Of a stretch of DNA of 64,000 bases, positions 30,777 to 40,733 are shown one piece after another (position 1 is the stretch's first letter; the number at the start of each line of letters is the position of its first letter). The notes below the pieces were generated by a model that was not told the DNA's origin, did not search any database, and saw nothing but the letters and a program-made list of their open reading frames with translations. Made by a program: the position numbers and the translations under genes. This stretch comes from an uncultured Verrucomicrobiota bacterium (GTDB lineage Bacteria; Verrucomicrobiota; Verrucomicrobiia; Limisphaerales; UBA1412): NCBI GenBank assembly GCA_944389455.1, contig CALXMK010000011.1, forward strand, positions 4,166 through 68,165. Direction: 5' to 3'.

Positions 30777-33422
30777 ATGTCTAGTATTTTATTAATGATT
30801 TTTGCAAAGAACTTCAGAAAGGGATGCTTGTTTTTCAGTAGAGCCGGTTTTATAATCCGACAAGTGGAGAGTGGAAGTAAATCAGTCAAATTAACTCCTA
30901 TGATGAGGCAGTACCGGCAGATTAAATCCGGTTTGCCTCCCGATGCCATATTGTTATTTAGACTGGGGGATTTTTACGAGATGTTTTTTGAGGATGCTCA
31001 GGAGGGTGCCCGGATTCTGAACATTGCTTTGACCAAAAGAGGAGAGTCCTGCCCAATGTGTGGGATCCCTTATCATGCGGCAGAGGGGTATCTTTCTAAG
31101 TTACTTCAAGCGGGACGCAAAGTCGCTATTTGTGACCAGATGGAGGAGCCACGACCAGGGAAAATTGTGAAGCGTGAAGTAACCCAGATATTGAGTCCGG
31201 GAACACATTTTGATGAGAAGATTTTAAGTGCGGATCGGAACAATTTTCTCGCTGCGGTCTATCCTTATCTCGGGAAATACGGTTTTGCCGTAGCGGATTT
31301 GACGACAGGGGATTTTTTTGTGACCGAGACAGAGAGTGAGTCCGGGCTCTTGACGGAGCTGGAGCGTCAACGTCCGGCAGAGCTGATAATTCCTTCCGAG
31401 GCTAATGAGCTGCGCAGATTGTTAGTGGGAGGATATCCCAATCTGGTTTTGTATGAAGATTGGGTTTTTATGCCGGAGACGAGTTTTTATACGGTTAAGG
31501 ATCACTTTCATACTGTAAATTTGGATGGTTTTGGATTAACAGACCATCAGGCTGCTGTGGGAGCAGCGGGGGCTATGCTGCATTATTTATCGCAGTATTT
31601 GCGGCGTGATATTGGACAGCTGACACGTATTTCTTTTTATGAGAGCAGTAATTATCTTGTATTGGATGGAAATACTCTGAGAAATCTTGAGATTCTTGAG
31701 CCCCTCAATAGGATTATTTCCGGAGGACGCTCACTCTTTGCGGTTTTAAATAAAACCTCTACTCCAATGGGAGCACGTATGCTTCGTGGATGGCTCTCTC
31801 AACCCCTGGCAGATGCAGTGCAGATTGCCAAACGGCAGCAGGCGGTTGCTGCTTGGTTAGAGCATTCACGGCAGCGGGAGCTGTTTCGAGAGATATTGGA
31901 AAAAGTGCGCGATTTGGAAAGGGTATTGACCCGTTTGAATACAGTTTCGGGCAATGCTCGGGATATGGTTCAGTTGGCTCAGGGGTTGGAGCAGTTGCCT
32001 GCGACTCTTCAACTGCTTGAGTCATTACGGAGTGATTCAGCTTTGATCAATCAGTTGGCAGATCAGATTACTCCTATGCCGGAGGTAATAGAGCTGATTC
32101 AGTCACGGATTGTGGATGAGCCTCCAATTAGTACAAAAGAGGGTGGGATGATCCGTGCTGGGGTGGATGCAGATCTGGATGAATTGCGTCAGATCATGCA
32201 TGGGGGCAAGAATTGGGTAGCTAAATTACAGCAAGAGGAGATAGAGCGAACAGGTATTCCTAATTTGAAGGTTCGTTTTAATTCCGTGTTTGGTTATTAT
32301 ATTGAAGTAACTAAGACACATTTGGATAAGATACCAGCAGACTATATTCGCCGTCAGACTATTGCTAATGGAGAGCGTTTTGCAACTCCAGAACTTAAGG
32401 AATGGGAAGGAAAGATTCTTGGAGCGGAAGAACGGGTTAAACGAATTGAGTATGATCTTTTTGTAAAATTAAGAGAGAGTGTGTTGGAGGAATTGGTTCG
32501 AATTCAGAGAAACGCAAGAGTTCTGGCTCAATTGGATGTACTAGCTTCTTTCGCGGAGACAGCCTGGCTTTATAATTATATTTGTCCTACAGTAAAAGAT
32601 GAGGGGATAATTTCTATTCGCAATGGAAGACATCCGGTTTTAGATCAGACTTTGGAATCAAACCGGTTTGTTCCTAATGATTGTGAGCTAAATCACACGA
32701 CTCGTCAATTGGCACTTATTACGGGGCCTAATATGGGGGGAAAGAGTACCTATATTCGGCAGACGGCATTATTAACTTTAATGGCACAAGCGGGGAGTTT
32801 TATTCCGGCTCAAGAGGCCCGGATTGATGTGGTAGATCGTATTTTTACTCGAATAGGAGCCAGTGATGATCTGGCTCGAGGACAGTCGACTTTTATGGTC
32901 GAGATGAGCGAGACAGCATCTATACTCAATAACGCAACCTCTCGCAGTCTGGTTATTTTAGATGAAATAGGGCGCGGAACAAGTACTTTTGACGGGTTAA
33001 GTCTGGCTTGGAGTATTGTGGAGTATCTGCATAACCAATGCGGAGCTTTAACTCTTTTTGCTACACACTATCATGAGCTGACAGAGTTGGAGGATCGGTT
33101 GGAACGAGTATTCAATCTTAATGCTGGGGTGCGTGAATATCATGGTCAGATTGTTTTTTTGCATCAGATTTTTCCGGGAGCTTCCGACAAGAGTTATGGT
33201 ATCCAGGTGGCGAAATTGGCCGGTGTGCCGGAGAGCGTGCTCAAGCGGGCACGCGAGGTGTTAGCTAATCTGGAGGAATCCGAATTGACACCTTTAGGAG
33301 CTGATGGAGTTGAGTCTGGTCCAGAGGAGGTTAAAAGCCAAAGACTCAATCCTCGGCGACAGAATCTGCGTAAGCTCTCTGATCCAGGCCAACTGGATCT
33401 TTTTTCGGAGTTGGGGCTATAA
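30777..33422 (+). CDS. mutS: DNA mismatch repair protein MutS
   Basis: LTPMMRQYRQIK near the N-terminus, Walker A GPNMGGKST, DEIGRGTSTFDG and THYHEL. The true start is probably the in-frame GTG at 30864, because the first 29 codons of the longest ORF are not MutS-like. Confidence 0.93.
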   Translation: MSSILLMIFAKNFRKGCLFFSRAGFIIRQVESGSKSVKLTPMMRQYRQIKSGLPPDAILLFRLGDFYEMFFEDAQEGARILNIALTKRGESCPMCGIPYHAAEGYLSKLLQAGRKVAICDQMEEPRPGKIVKREVTQILSPGTHFDEKILSADRNNFLAAVYPYLGKYGFAVADLTTGDFFVTETESESGLLTELERQRPAELIIPSEANELRRLLVGGYPNLVLYEDWVFMPETSFYTVKDHFHTVNLDGFGLTDHQAAVGAAGAMLHYLSQYLRRDIGQLTRISFYESSNYLVLDGNTLRNLEILEPLNRIISGGRSLFAVLNKTSTPMGARMLRGWLSQPLADAVQIAKRQQAVAAWLEHSRQRELFREILEKVRDLERVLTRLNTVSGNARDMVQLAQGLEQLPATLQLLESLRSDSALINQLADQITPMPEVIELIQSRIVDEPPISTKEGGMIRAGVDADLDELRQIMHGGKNWVAKLQQEEIERTGIPNLKVRFNSVFGYYIEVTKTHLDKIPADYIRRQTIANGERFATPELKEWEGKILGAEERVKRIEYDLFVKLRESVLEELVRIQRNARVLAQLDVLASFAETAWLYNYICPTVKDEGIISIRNGRHPVLDQTLESNRFVPNDCELNHTTRQLALITGPNMGGKSTYIRQTALLTLMAQAGSFIPAQEARIDVVDRIFTRIGASDDLARGQSTFMVEMSETASILNNATSRSLVILDEIGRGTSTFDGLSLAWSIVEYLHNQCGALTLFATHYHELTELEDRLERVFNLNAGVREYHGQIVFLHQIFPGASDKSYGIQVAKLAGVPESVLKRAREVLANLEESELTPLGADGVESGPEEVKSQRLNPRRQNLRKLSDPGQLDLFSELGL

Positions 33423-33636
33423 AAGAGTAGAAATATTATAGATAAAATAGCTTTTTCTCATGTTCAATAAAATAACAGGAGAGGGTTCAATTTGTAATAA
33501 ATATTGAATTTGATTTTAATTTATTTTAGAAATAGAATATATGTATCAGTGTATTCAGTCTGATTTCTTTAATAAAGAAGAACTTTTCAAGAATTTTAAC
33601 ACTATCTTCTTAAGATAACTATTTAAACTTGAGATA

Positions 33637-36600
33637 ATGAATAGAATAATCAGAAGTTTTTTTTATTGTTTTTTAATTTTGTTCAGCTTTGGAGGAGTTG
33701 TTTCTTTGGCTTCTGAATCGGGGCTGAATAATGGGATAAATTCCCAAGAGCTATTTTTATCTCCCGTAAGTGAGACTAATCAGGCAGGGGAAACGAGTAC
33801 TGAGTCTTTTTTTCATTTCAAACAGGATAATATCCTGTTTGTTACGAGTCATAATATATCTTTTCTTTGGCATAACAGTTTTTTTCAATCTTTTTCCGAT
33901 CATTTAATGAAATCCTCCCAGAGGGCTATCAATATCGATTTAATTGTGGTTAAGAATCGGGATGATAATATATTAGTTCCTTCAGCACGTTATGTAGATC
34001 TAATTGAAGCGCAATTGGAAGAATATGATTATGATATGATTATTGCCGATGGAAACGAGGTAGCAAATCTCTTTTTCAATAATATCCTTATTGTACCAAA
34101 AGAGTGCATCTTTGTTTTCTGTAATTATATCGGAGAGGGATATAAAGAAGCGAAGATTTCCAACATGACAGGGTTTGTTTTGCCGGAGACAGAGATAGAG
34201 AATCTCAAATTGGGGGCGAAGCTTTTCCCTAATGCCAAAAAAGGAGTGTTGATTGTGGATGGAACTGAGGCAGGAGAAGTATTGTGCGAGACAGCCCTGA
34301 AACGACGAGATGAAATTCCTTTAGAGGAGGTGGAGATTATCAGTGGATCGGATTATTCTACTCAGGGAATGCTGACTAAACTTAAGACTTTGGATCCAGA
34401 AAAAGATTTTGTGGTTTTTTATTCATGGCGTTCTCAACACTCTCCTAAGATATATAATAGTCAAGAGGTAGTTGATATCATGAAAAATACGTTTCATGGG
34501 CCGATTTTGAATGGTTGGGATGCTTATACAAAGTTAGGTTTTCTAGGGGGAGAGGTCATTAAAACAGAAGATGCCTCTTTAGCTCTGGTTTCAATTGTCA
34601 ATCAGATTTTCCGAGGCGTAAAGCCCGAGATTATTCCTATAGAAACTTGTAAAACGCATTTGATCTTTAATTATGATGGTTTACAGAAGTTTAATCTCAG
34701 GCCCAGTATGATTTTAGATCAGTTTGAGTTGATTAATCAACCGAAGCCGTTCGTTGAGAGGAATATGACTTTTATTTTATCTTTGTTTAGCCTGCTCTTA
34801 TTGTTGCTAATAGTTGCATTGATTTATCAATATTTCAAGTTGGTACAGATGAATCGGCCGATTTCGTTATTGAGACTCCTGCCGATAGGACTGGTAGTAA
34901 CGGATTTTGATGGAAAGATCTTATTTTTATCCAGTGGATTACTTTTTAAAAATCGAATAGCAAAAGGAAGCTATATTCAGGATATTGCGTTATATAATGG
35001 AGAACTCTGTCAGAAGATATTAGATACGCTCAGGGAAAATAAGAATCTGGAATCCAATTCTGGAAACTTTAAGTATAATGGTCATCAATGGGTGTTGACA
35101 GCTCAGAGGATAGATTACAATGTGTTTGGCAAAGAGGTTCTGTTTTGGGTTAGTTCTGATGTGGAGGATATGTACCGGATGTTGCGAGTGGAGCAGGGGA
35201 TAGGAGATATATTGTCCGACCTGATTTTGCAGAGGGATTTTGATATTATTATTTCTAGATCTTTTGATTTAATGGTCAATTATATTGACGCGGATCGTAT
35301 GGGCTTTTTTGAATTTAATTCGACTATGAATTCCTTTACGAGGAAAAAGTCGTGGATACGGAATGAAAAGATTCCTCCTCCGGATGAGAAGATAATCAAT
35401 ACTCTTTATAAGCAATATGGTGAGGAAATAAGAAATAATGGGCTTTATCTTAGTTCTAAAGTAGTAGATCCAGAGAAGTATAAAGTGGTTGAGGACGATC
35501 TCAAAGGGCGTTCTATTTTGATTGTTCCTTGTTTTATAAATGGAAAGTTTTGGGGAATGATTACTGCTTCTGCGATGCAGATGAGGCATGACTTTAATGA
35601 AGCAGATAGATTTGTTTTGAGCAATGTAGCCAAAATTATCTCTTTGGCTAGAATTCATTTTGATCAGCTAAATTATATCAACATGACTAATGAGCAGATG
35701 AAGATCATGATTGATACCATCAGTATTCCTATTTGGTTTTATGATAAGAAGGGAAACTTTCTGAGAGGGAATAAAGCATTGGAAAAGCTTTCAAGTACCT
35801 CTAAAAATTCTCTAAAATATAAAAATGGAGTTTCTTACGTAGAGTTGGGGAAGGAGTATAATGAAAATTCTGTGGAGGAAGTGATCAAGACCCGTAAAGA
35901 GATTAATCAAGAGATAATTTGGCAGAATCGATATTTTGATCTTTATACTGTTCCGGTCTTAAATAACAAGGGAGAAATTCTCTATGTCATTAAGAGTGCC
36001 GTAGAAAGCACAAATTTAAAGAGATTGCTCAGAAATCAGAGTTTGCTCAATGAGTGTTTACAGTCGGTGTTTGAAAATCGAAATGAGGAAACTGCACTGG
36101 AAACGCTCGCAAAAATTATCGGTAAACATTTTAGGGTAAGTCGCTGTGCAGTGTTGAAGTTGAAATATCAGTTCGATAAAGCTTATCTTCAGATGAAGAC
36201 TGAATATGTGGCTCCAGGAGGATCACCTGTTTTTAGAAAAAAGGAGTTTTATCCGATACAAAGTGATTTTTTAGTAAAGAAATTTCTTGAATATAGAGTG
36301 GTTTCATTTGCTGATTTTCAAGATGAATATTTTCCCAAAAGTACCTCAAATGATTTTTGGAAGAATCTTTTGACGAAGAAACTAGATACCCGATCTGCTT
36401 ATTTTGTTCCGATCTGGTTTTCCGGGAAGTTATGGGGCTCGCTCTATTTATCTTTTGAGGATGAGCAATATGTTTTCCCGACTCAAGATTATAGAATTTT
36501 GTTTTTGGGAGCGCATCTTATTGAGATTATAGTGGAGAATCGTTATCGGTTGGAGGGAATGCTTCGGGCTGTAGATCAAGCTCAGGCTGCGGATAAAGCT

Positions 36601-37872
36601 AAAAGTTATTTTATTGCCAGTGTCAGTCATGAAATCCGAACGCCGTTAAATTCCATTATCGGTTTTTCGGAATTGCTGCAAAAATCGAATACTCTGAATG
36701 AAGAGGAACGTCAGTATCTTAATAATATCATCTTTAGTGGAAACGCACTGTTGATGTTGGTTAATGATGTGTTGGATTTATCCAAACTGGAGTCAGGGAA
36801 GATGAAAAAGAATCCTATTTGGGTTAATTTTAATATATTGGGAAAGGATGTTTTGAAAATATTCGAGCTATCTGCTGCAGCTAAAAAGAATTCTTTGGAA
36901 ATACGTTGTGAGAAGGTGCCGTTGTTGAAGTTGGACTATATGCAGATTCGACAGATTCTGATTAATCTCATTGGAAATGCCGTGAAGTTTACAGAAGGCG
37001 GACGAATTATTTTAACAGCTGTTTTCAAACCGAATTCTGATGAAAATGTTCAGACAGGAGTGTTTAAATTCTGTATTTCGGATACCGGTATTGGGATTCG
37101 TCCAGAAGATCAGGTTCGGTTGATGGAGCCTTTTGTTCAGTTATCTAATATGCGTGGAACTAACACAATTAATACCGGCACGGGGTTAGGATTATCGATT
37201 TGTAAGCGTTTAGCGGAGAATATGGGAGGGAAAATATGGATTAAGAGCAAGTATGGAAAAGGTTCTACCTTTGGTGTGGATTTACCAAATGTTCCTTATA
37301 GTTATAAGGAAAAACAGCAGATTATAGATATAAGTTCTAGAACAATAACAATAGGTGAAGAATTCAGAAATAGTACTCTGCAGGTTGCAAAAGAGCAAGT
37401 AGTAGAATTGCTGAAAGAGTGGAGTATATTGTTGGTGGATGATGTTCCATTGAATTGTAAGTTGTTGGAATTAATCTGCAAGAATGTAGGGTTGAAGAAG
37501 ATAAAAAATGTTTCAAATGGACAGGCTGCTTTAGATTTAATGGATAATATTCATTTTGATCTGATACTCACGGATCTTTGGATGCCCGAGATGAGTGGTT
37601 TTGAAATGTTGAAGAAGATTCGCAGCAATCCGAAAAATAATAAAACAATGGTAGTAGCGGTTACTGCGGATATCGAATTTCAGGAAGTCTCAAGTTTTGA
37701 TTTGGTTCTTTATAAGCCTGTAACACAGGATAAGTTTATGGAATTGCTTCAGAAAATAGTTGCTCTGGCTCCTTCTGGGAGTTTTACTCTAGATTGGCAG
37801 AGGAGTATGGAGAAGATCAGAAAAGTTGAAAAGAAAAAGAATATTGCTTTTTTACAGAAAAATAATTATTGA
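33637..37872 (+). CDS. Hybrid sensor histidine kinase / response regulator (1411 aa)
   Basis: Signal anchor, a ~350-aa periplasmic domain and a TM helix (FILSLFSLLLLLLIVALIY). Cytoplasmic PAS/GAF-like repeats follow. H-box SHEIRTPLNS (His codon 36628-36630), G-box GTGLGLSICKRL and a receiver domain (LLVDDVPLN...ILTDLWMPEMSG). The gene is markedly AT-rich. TGA stop. Confidence 0.85.
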   Translation: MNRIIRSFFYCFLILFSFGGVVSLASESGLNNGINSQELFLSPVSETNQAGETSTESFFHFKQDNILFVTSHNISFLWHNSFFQSFSDHLMKSSQRAINIDLIVVKNRDDNILVPSARYVDLIEAQLEEYDYDMIIADGNEVANLFFNNILIVPKECIFVFCNYIGEGYKEAKISNMTGFVLPETEIENLKLGAKLFPNAKKGVLIVDGTEAGEVLCETALKRRDEIPLEEVEIISGSDYSTQGMLTKLKTLDPEKDFVVFYSWRSQHSPKIYNSQEVVDIMKNTFHGPILNGWDAYTKLGFLGGEVIKTEDASLALVSIVNQIFRGVKPEIIPIETCKTHLIFNYDGLQKFNLRPSMILDQFELINQPKPFVERNMTFILSLFSLLLLLLIVALIYQYFKLVQMNRPISLLRLLPIGLVVTDFDGKILFLSSGLLFKNRIAKGSYIQDIALYNGELCQKILDTLRENKNLESNSGNFKYNGHQWVLTAQRIDYNVFGKEVLFWVSSDVEDMYRMLRVEQGIGDILSDLILQRDFDIIISRSFDLMVNYIDADRMGFFEFNSTMNSFTRKKSWIRNEKIPPPDEKIINTLYKQYGEEIRNNGLYLSSKVVDPEKYKVVEDDLKGRSILIVPCFINGKFWGMITASAMQMRHDFNEADRFVLSNVAKIISLARIHFDQLNYINMTNEQMKIMIDTISIPIWFYDKKGNFLRGNKALEKLSSTSKNSLKYKNGVSYVELGKEYNENSVEEVIKTRKEINQEIIWQNRYFDLYTVPVLNNKGEILYVIKSAVESTNLKRLLRNQSLLNECLQSVFENRNEETALETLAKIIGKHFRVSRCAVLKLKYQFDKAYLQMKTEYVAPGGSPVFRKKEFYPIQSDFLVKKFLEYRVVSFADFQDEYFPKSTSNDFWKNLLTKKLDTRSAYFVPIWFSGKLWGSLYLSFEDEQYVFPTQDYRILFLGAHLIEIIVENRYRLEGMLRAVDQAQAADKAKSYFIASVSHEIRTPLNSIIGFSELLQKSNTLNEEERQYLNNIIFSGNALLMLVNDVLDLSKLESGKMKKNPIWVNFNILGKDVLKIFELSAAAKKNSLEIRCEKVPLLKLDYMQIRQILINLIGNAVKFTEGGRIILTAVFKPNSDENVQTGVFKFCISDTGIGIRPEDQVRLMEPFVQLSNMRGTNTINTGTGLGLSICKRLAENMGGKIWIKSKYGKGSTFGVDLPNVPYSYKEKQQIIDISSRTITIGEEFRNSTLQVAKEQVVELLKEWSILLVDDVPLNCKLLELICKNVGLKKIKNVSNGQAALDLMDNIHFDLILTDLWMPEMSGFEMLKKIRSNPKNNKTMVVAVTADIEFQEVSSFDLVLYKPVTQDKFMELLQKIVALAPSGSFTLDWQRSMEKIRKVEKKKNIAFLQKNNY

Positions 37873-38003
37873 TTATAAAAAAGTTATTTGTATTATATGC
37901 AATTCTTTCTGAATTGTGGCAAGTTTTCTGCTATATTATATGGTAATTATTGCCGGGAGGTAAGAAGTTTAAGGAGGTTCTTCCGGTTTTGAGATATCCA
38001 GTC

Positions 38004-38100
38004 CTCCTGCCGTGAACGGTCTTTTCTTTTTTACGGTGCAGAGCCTGTTTTTTATGGGCGAGGAAGAGAGCTCAATCACGGCAGGAGATCTTTTTTCTTT
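38004..38100 (+). other. Structured intergenic element / complex terminator between convergent genes
   Basis: Perfect 11-bp inverted repeat: ctcctgccgtg (38004-38014) pairs with cacggcaggag (38077-38087). A T-rich tract (38089-38100) follows it. The 62-nt interior contains further T-runs. Confidence 0.4.
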
Positions 38101-38114
38101 TGTAATTTCTTGTT

Positions 38115-39050
38115 TTAGAGAAATTTTGGTAAAATAGGCGTTTCAGATATCAGGGATGAATGGCAGGGGCGTTCCGTAATAAGTTCATTTCCTTGGGGAT
38201 GTCCTGTAAGAATTGGAGAGAAGGGATCATGCTGTTCTCTGAGACGCACAGCACGGGAGAGAGAGCGGTTGGCATAGCAGTAAATGCAGCCTTGGGTACA
38301 GGTGCTATAGATACCGATATCAATACTTTCTCCACAGCCGCAGGTCGGGCGTTGGATAGGATCTTTTTTCAAGGCAAGAGGAGAAGAGATCAATTTTTTA
38401 ATCAGATCACAGTCAACACAAGCTCCAGGACGGATTCCATAAGCGGAGAGATCCATTGATTCAGCGCAGGTAAAAAGGGGAAGCTGATAAAATTCTGCAA
38501 TTTGTGAGAGGTTATATGCGATGCGGTCAATTTCTGCCGGAGTTAATCCCCGGATAATTTTTTTCAAATGAGAGTAGGGATCGACAAAACTTAGTATGCA
38601 GCGGCGGGTATAGGAGGAGATTTTTTCACAAAGATGTTTAAAGGCTTCTGTGTGCCATTCGATGGAGTGAAGTGAATCCAGTAGAATAGGATCATAGCGC
38701 CAGATCACTCTTTCTGGGCCTATTTTTTCTGCCAGACGGATAAATGTTTCCACTAAGACGCTTTTTTCAGGAAGTCCCGGTTCAATCTCTTTTTCGTAGT
38801 TGGTTAGAGTAAATTGAAAATAAAAATGGTAGCCTATCTTGTGAATTTCATCCAGGTAAGGAAGAAGCGGAGCCGGATTTTTACTCCAGAAGATAATGCA
38901 CTCTACGCTTGAGGGAGAAAAAGTAATTCTGCTGAGGTGATGAGGATTGCGAGGGTTTGGGACTAGTATTATTCCTTCTTTAAGACGGTTCACTATCCAT
39001 TCTGGATAGAGGGAGGGAATATCTGTTCGACGGCTGGCGCTCAGGATCAT
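38115..39050 (-). CDS. DUF1848 domain protein (putative Fe-S enzyme)
   Basis: N-terminal ILSASRRTDIPSLYPEWIVNRLKEG is the typical DUF1848 opening. The C-terminal Cys cluster is CGCGESIDIG...CTQGCIYCYAN. Confidence 0.65.
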   Translation of the reverse strand: MILSASRRTDIPSLYPEWIVNRLKEGIILVPNPRNPHHLSRITFSPSSVECIIFWSKNPAPLLPYLDEIHKIGYHFYFQFTLTNYEKEIEPGLPEKSVLVETFIRLAEKIGPERVIWRYDPILLDSLHSIEWHTEAFKHLCEKISSYTRRCILSFVDPYSHLKKIIRGLTPAEIDRIAYNLSQIAEFYQLPLFTCAESMDLSAYGIRPGACVDCDLIKKLISSPLALKKDPIQRPTCGCGESIDIGIYSTCTQGCIYCYANRSLSRAVRLREQHDPFSPILTGHPQGNELITERPCHSSLISETPILPKFL

Positions 39051-39122
39051 TTTGGTTATTAGTGTTCTAAGGGAGTCAAATGAGAGTTGGATACAATGTT
39101 TTTCGGCTAGGGAGGGAGAAGA

Positions 39123-39166
39123 TTAAAAAAGAGATGCCGGCTTTAACTGAAAAGAGATAAAGCCGG
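39123..39166 (-). terminator. Rho-independent terminator after the GLUG protein gene (minus strand)
   Basis: Perfect 10-bp stem: gccggcttta (39135-39144) pairs with taaagccggc (39157-39166). A T-run follows on the minus strand. Confidence 0.75.
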
Positions 39167-39186
39167 CGCTAAGATTATTTTTTATT

Positions 39187-40539
39187 TTATTCGGCAGGAT
39201 ATTGCAGCCGAAAATAAGAGTTTCCAGAGAGAAGTGTGTATTTGGAAACGACATAGGTTTTAAGCCCTTCTTCATCATCCGTTTCTCCTGTAACGTCTTG
39301 CCATTCTTTGAGGTCTGTACTTCTTTGAAGAACAGGAGAACCAGCTGGATCCCACTTGATGTGCAAATTATCTCCGGACCAAGTATAAGTCAGGAGATAA
39401 GTAGGTTCTGGATCGGGTTCTGGCTCCGGGTCCGGGTCGGGAGCAACATTGGCTATATTATTTAGATAGGGATATCCATCGTTGACAGTGGAAGAGATTC
39501 CCCAAATGGAGTCAAAAGACCATCCGCTGTAATAGGCGGCGTTTTTCATCTGTTCGGTGGAACGAGCATAGTTGGTGGCAAAAGATTTATTGTTGCCGAT
39601 ACAGTAAGTTCTTCCTGTTGTTTGTACATCCCAATAGGTGACTCTCAAATTCGTATTGCCGTAGCCGGCAATTCCGGCGACATAGTTATCAGCACCGGAA
39701 ACTCTTCCTGTAGCGTAGCATTGAGTGATAGTTCCATTATCTTGACCACAAAGTCCGCCCACACGATATTGTCCGGAGACGGAGCCTCTCGCGTAGCAGC
39801 AGACTACAGGCCCGTGGTTCCAGCCGATTAATCCTCCGGCATAACTGGTTTCCAGATTGGCCGAAACGGAGCCGGAGGCGTAGCATGCTTGAGTATTAGA
39901 CTCGGTTAGACTTTGACCGATGAGGCCTCCTACGCCGGAATTTCCTACAATACTAGCAGTTGAGCAGCTATAAGTGACGGTGGAACGATAGACTTCTCCA
40001 GCCAAACCTCCTGCGCAGTTTCCATAGGCGGTAACCATGCCTGAGGTTGCCACGGTAGAGATAGTGCAGTTATCAGCGTATCCTACTAATCCTCCTACGT
40101 CGCTTGCACCAGTGATATTACAATCGAGCAGCCGAAGATTGGCTAGAATGGCTTGTGAGCAGTAACCGAAGAAGCCAACAAAGTTACTGGTATAGCGCTG
40201 AATCGTTAGACCTGTAATGGCGTAATTGTTTCCGTTGAAAATTCCGCGAAACATGGCCGCTTGAGTACCGATAGGAGAAAATCCCTGTCCATTATTCCAA
40301 GTGGAGGTAGAGGATGCGTCGATGCTGTTTTTGAGTTGATAATATCTTCCAGCGGATTGATTGGCAGTCTGGCTCATCCAAAGGAGGTTTTCTACAGAAG
40401 TGATGAGAAAAGGATTGTTTTGAGTGCCAGCTCCTTCTGGAATGGCTGGTTCTGGAGTTGCTGCTGAAAGAGGGATAAAGTTTCCTATTACCATTAGAAC
40501 AGTAATACTTAGCAAAGATTTTAGCTTATTCGCTATCAT
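39187..40539 (-). CDS. Secreted GLUG-motif repeat protein
   Basis: I prefer the start at 40539 (MIANKLKSLLSITVLMVIGNFIPLSAA signal). Repeated GGLVG/GGLIG/GGLCG GLUG motifs are present. A PDPDPEPEPDPEP linker and a C-terminal beta-domain (STDLKEWQDV...YFRLQY) follow. Confidence 0.75.
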   Translation of the reverse strand: MIANKLKSLLSITVLMVIGNFIPLSAATPEPAIPEGAGTQNNPFLITSVENLLWMSQTANQSAGRYYQLKNSIDASSTSTWNNGQGFSPIGTQAAMFRGIFNGNNYAITGLTIQRYTSNFVGFFGYCSQAILANLRLLDCNITGASDVGGLVGYADNCTISTVATSGMVTAYGNCAGGLAGEVYRSTVTYSCSTASIVGNSGVGGLIGQSLTESNTQACYASGSVSANLETSYAGGLIGWNHGPVVCCYARGSVSGQYRVGGLCGQDNGTITQCYATGRVSGADNYVAGIAGYGNTNLRVTYWDVQTTGRTYCIGNNKSFATNYARSTEQMKNAAYYSGWSFDSIWGISSTVNDGYPYLNNIANVAPDPDPEPEPDPEPTYLLTYTWSGDNLHIKWDPAGSPVLQRSTDLKEWQDVTGETDDEEGLKTYVVSKYTLLSGNSYFRLQYPAE

Positions 40540-40629
40540 ACTTCCGGAAAAATAGCATAAAAGATGCCAGCTCGCAAATGGGAGATTTAAATAGGAGATT
40601 TCTGTAAAGAAGGAGAGATAACAATTTAT

Positions 40630-40693
40630 TTGACTCAAAGTGCTGTGAGATTAAAAATAAAAAGCACTTCTTTTTAGAAGATTTTCTAAAAAG
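40630..40693 (+). promoter_or_regulatory. Candidate promoter plus 24-bp perfect palindrome upstream of the EamA-like gene
   Basis: TTGACT (40630-40635), a 16-17 nt spacer, then TAAAAAT. Next comes ctttttagaa-gatt-ttctaaaaag (40670-40693), a perfect 10-bp inverted repeat. Confidence 0.3.
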
Positions 40694-40733
40694 AGACATT
40701 GTAGAATTTGGATTCTCGGCAATATTTTTTGAT

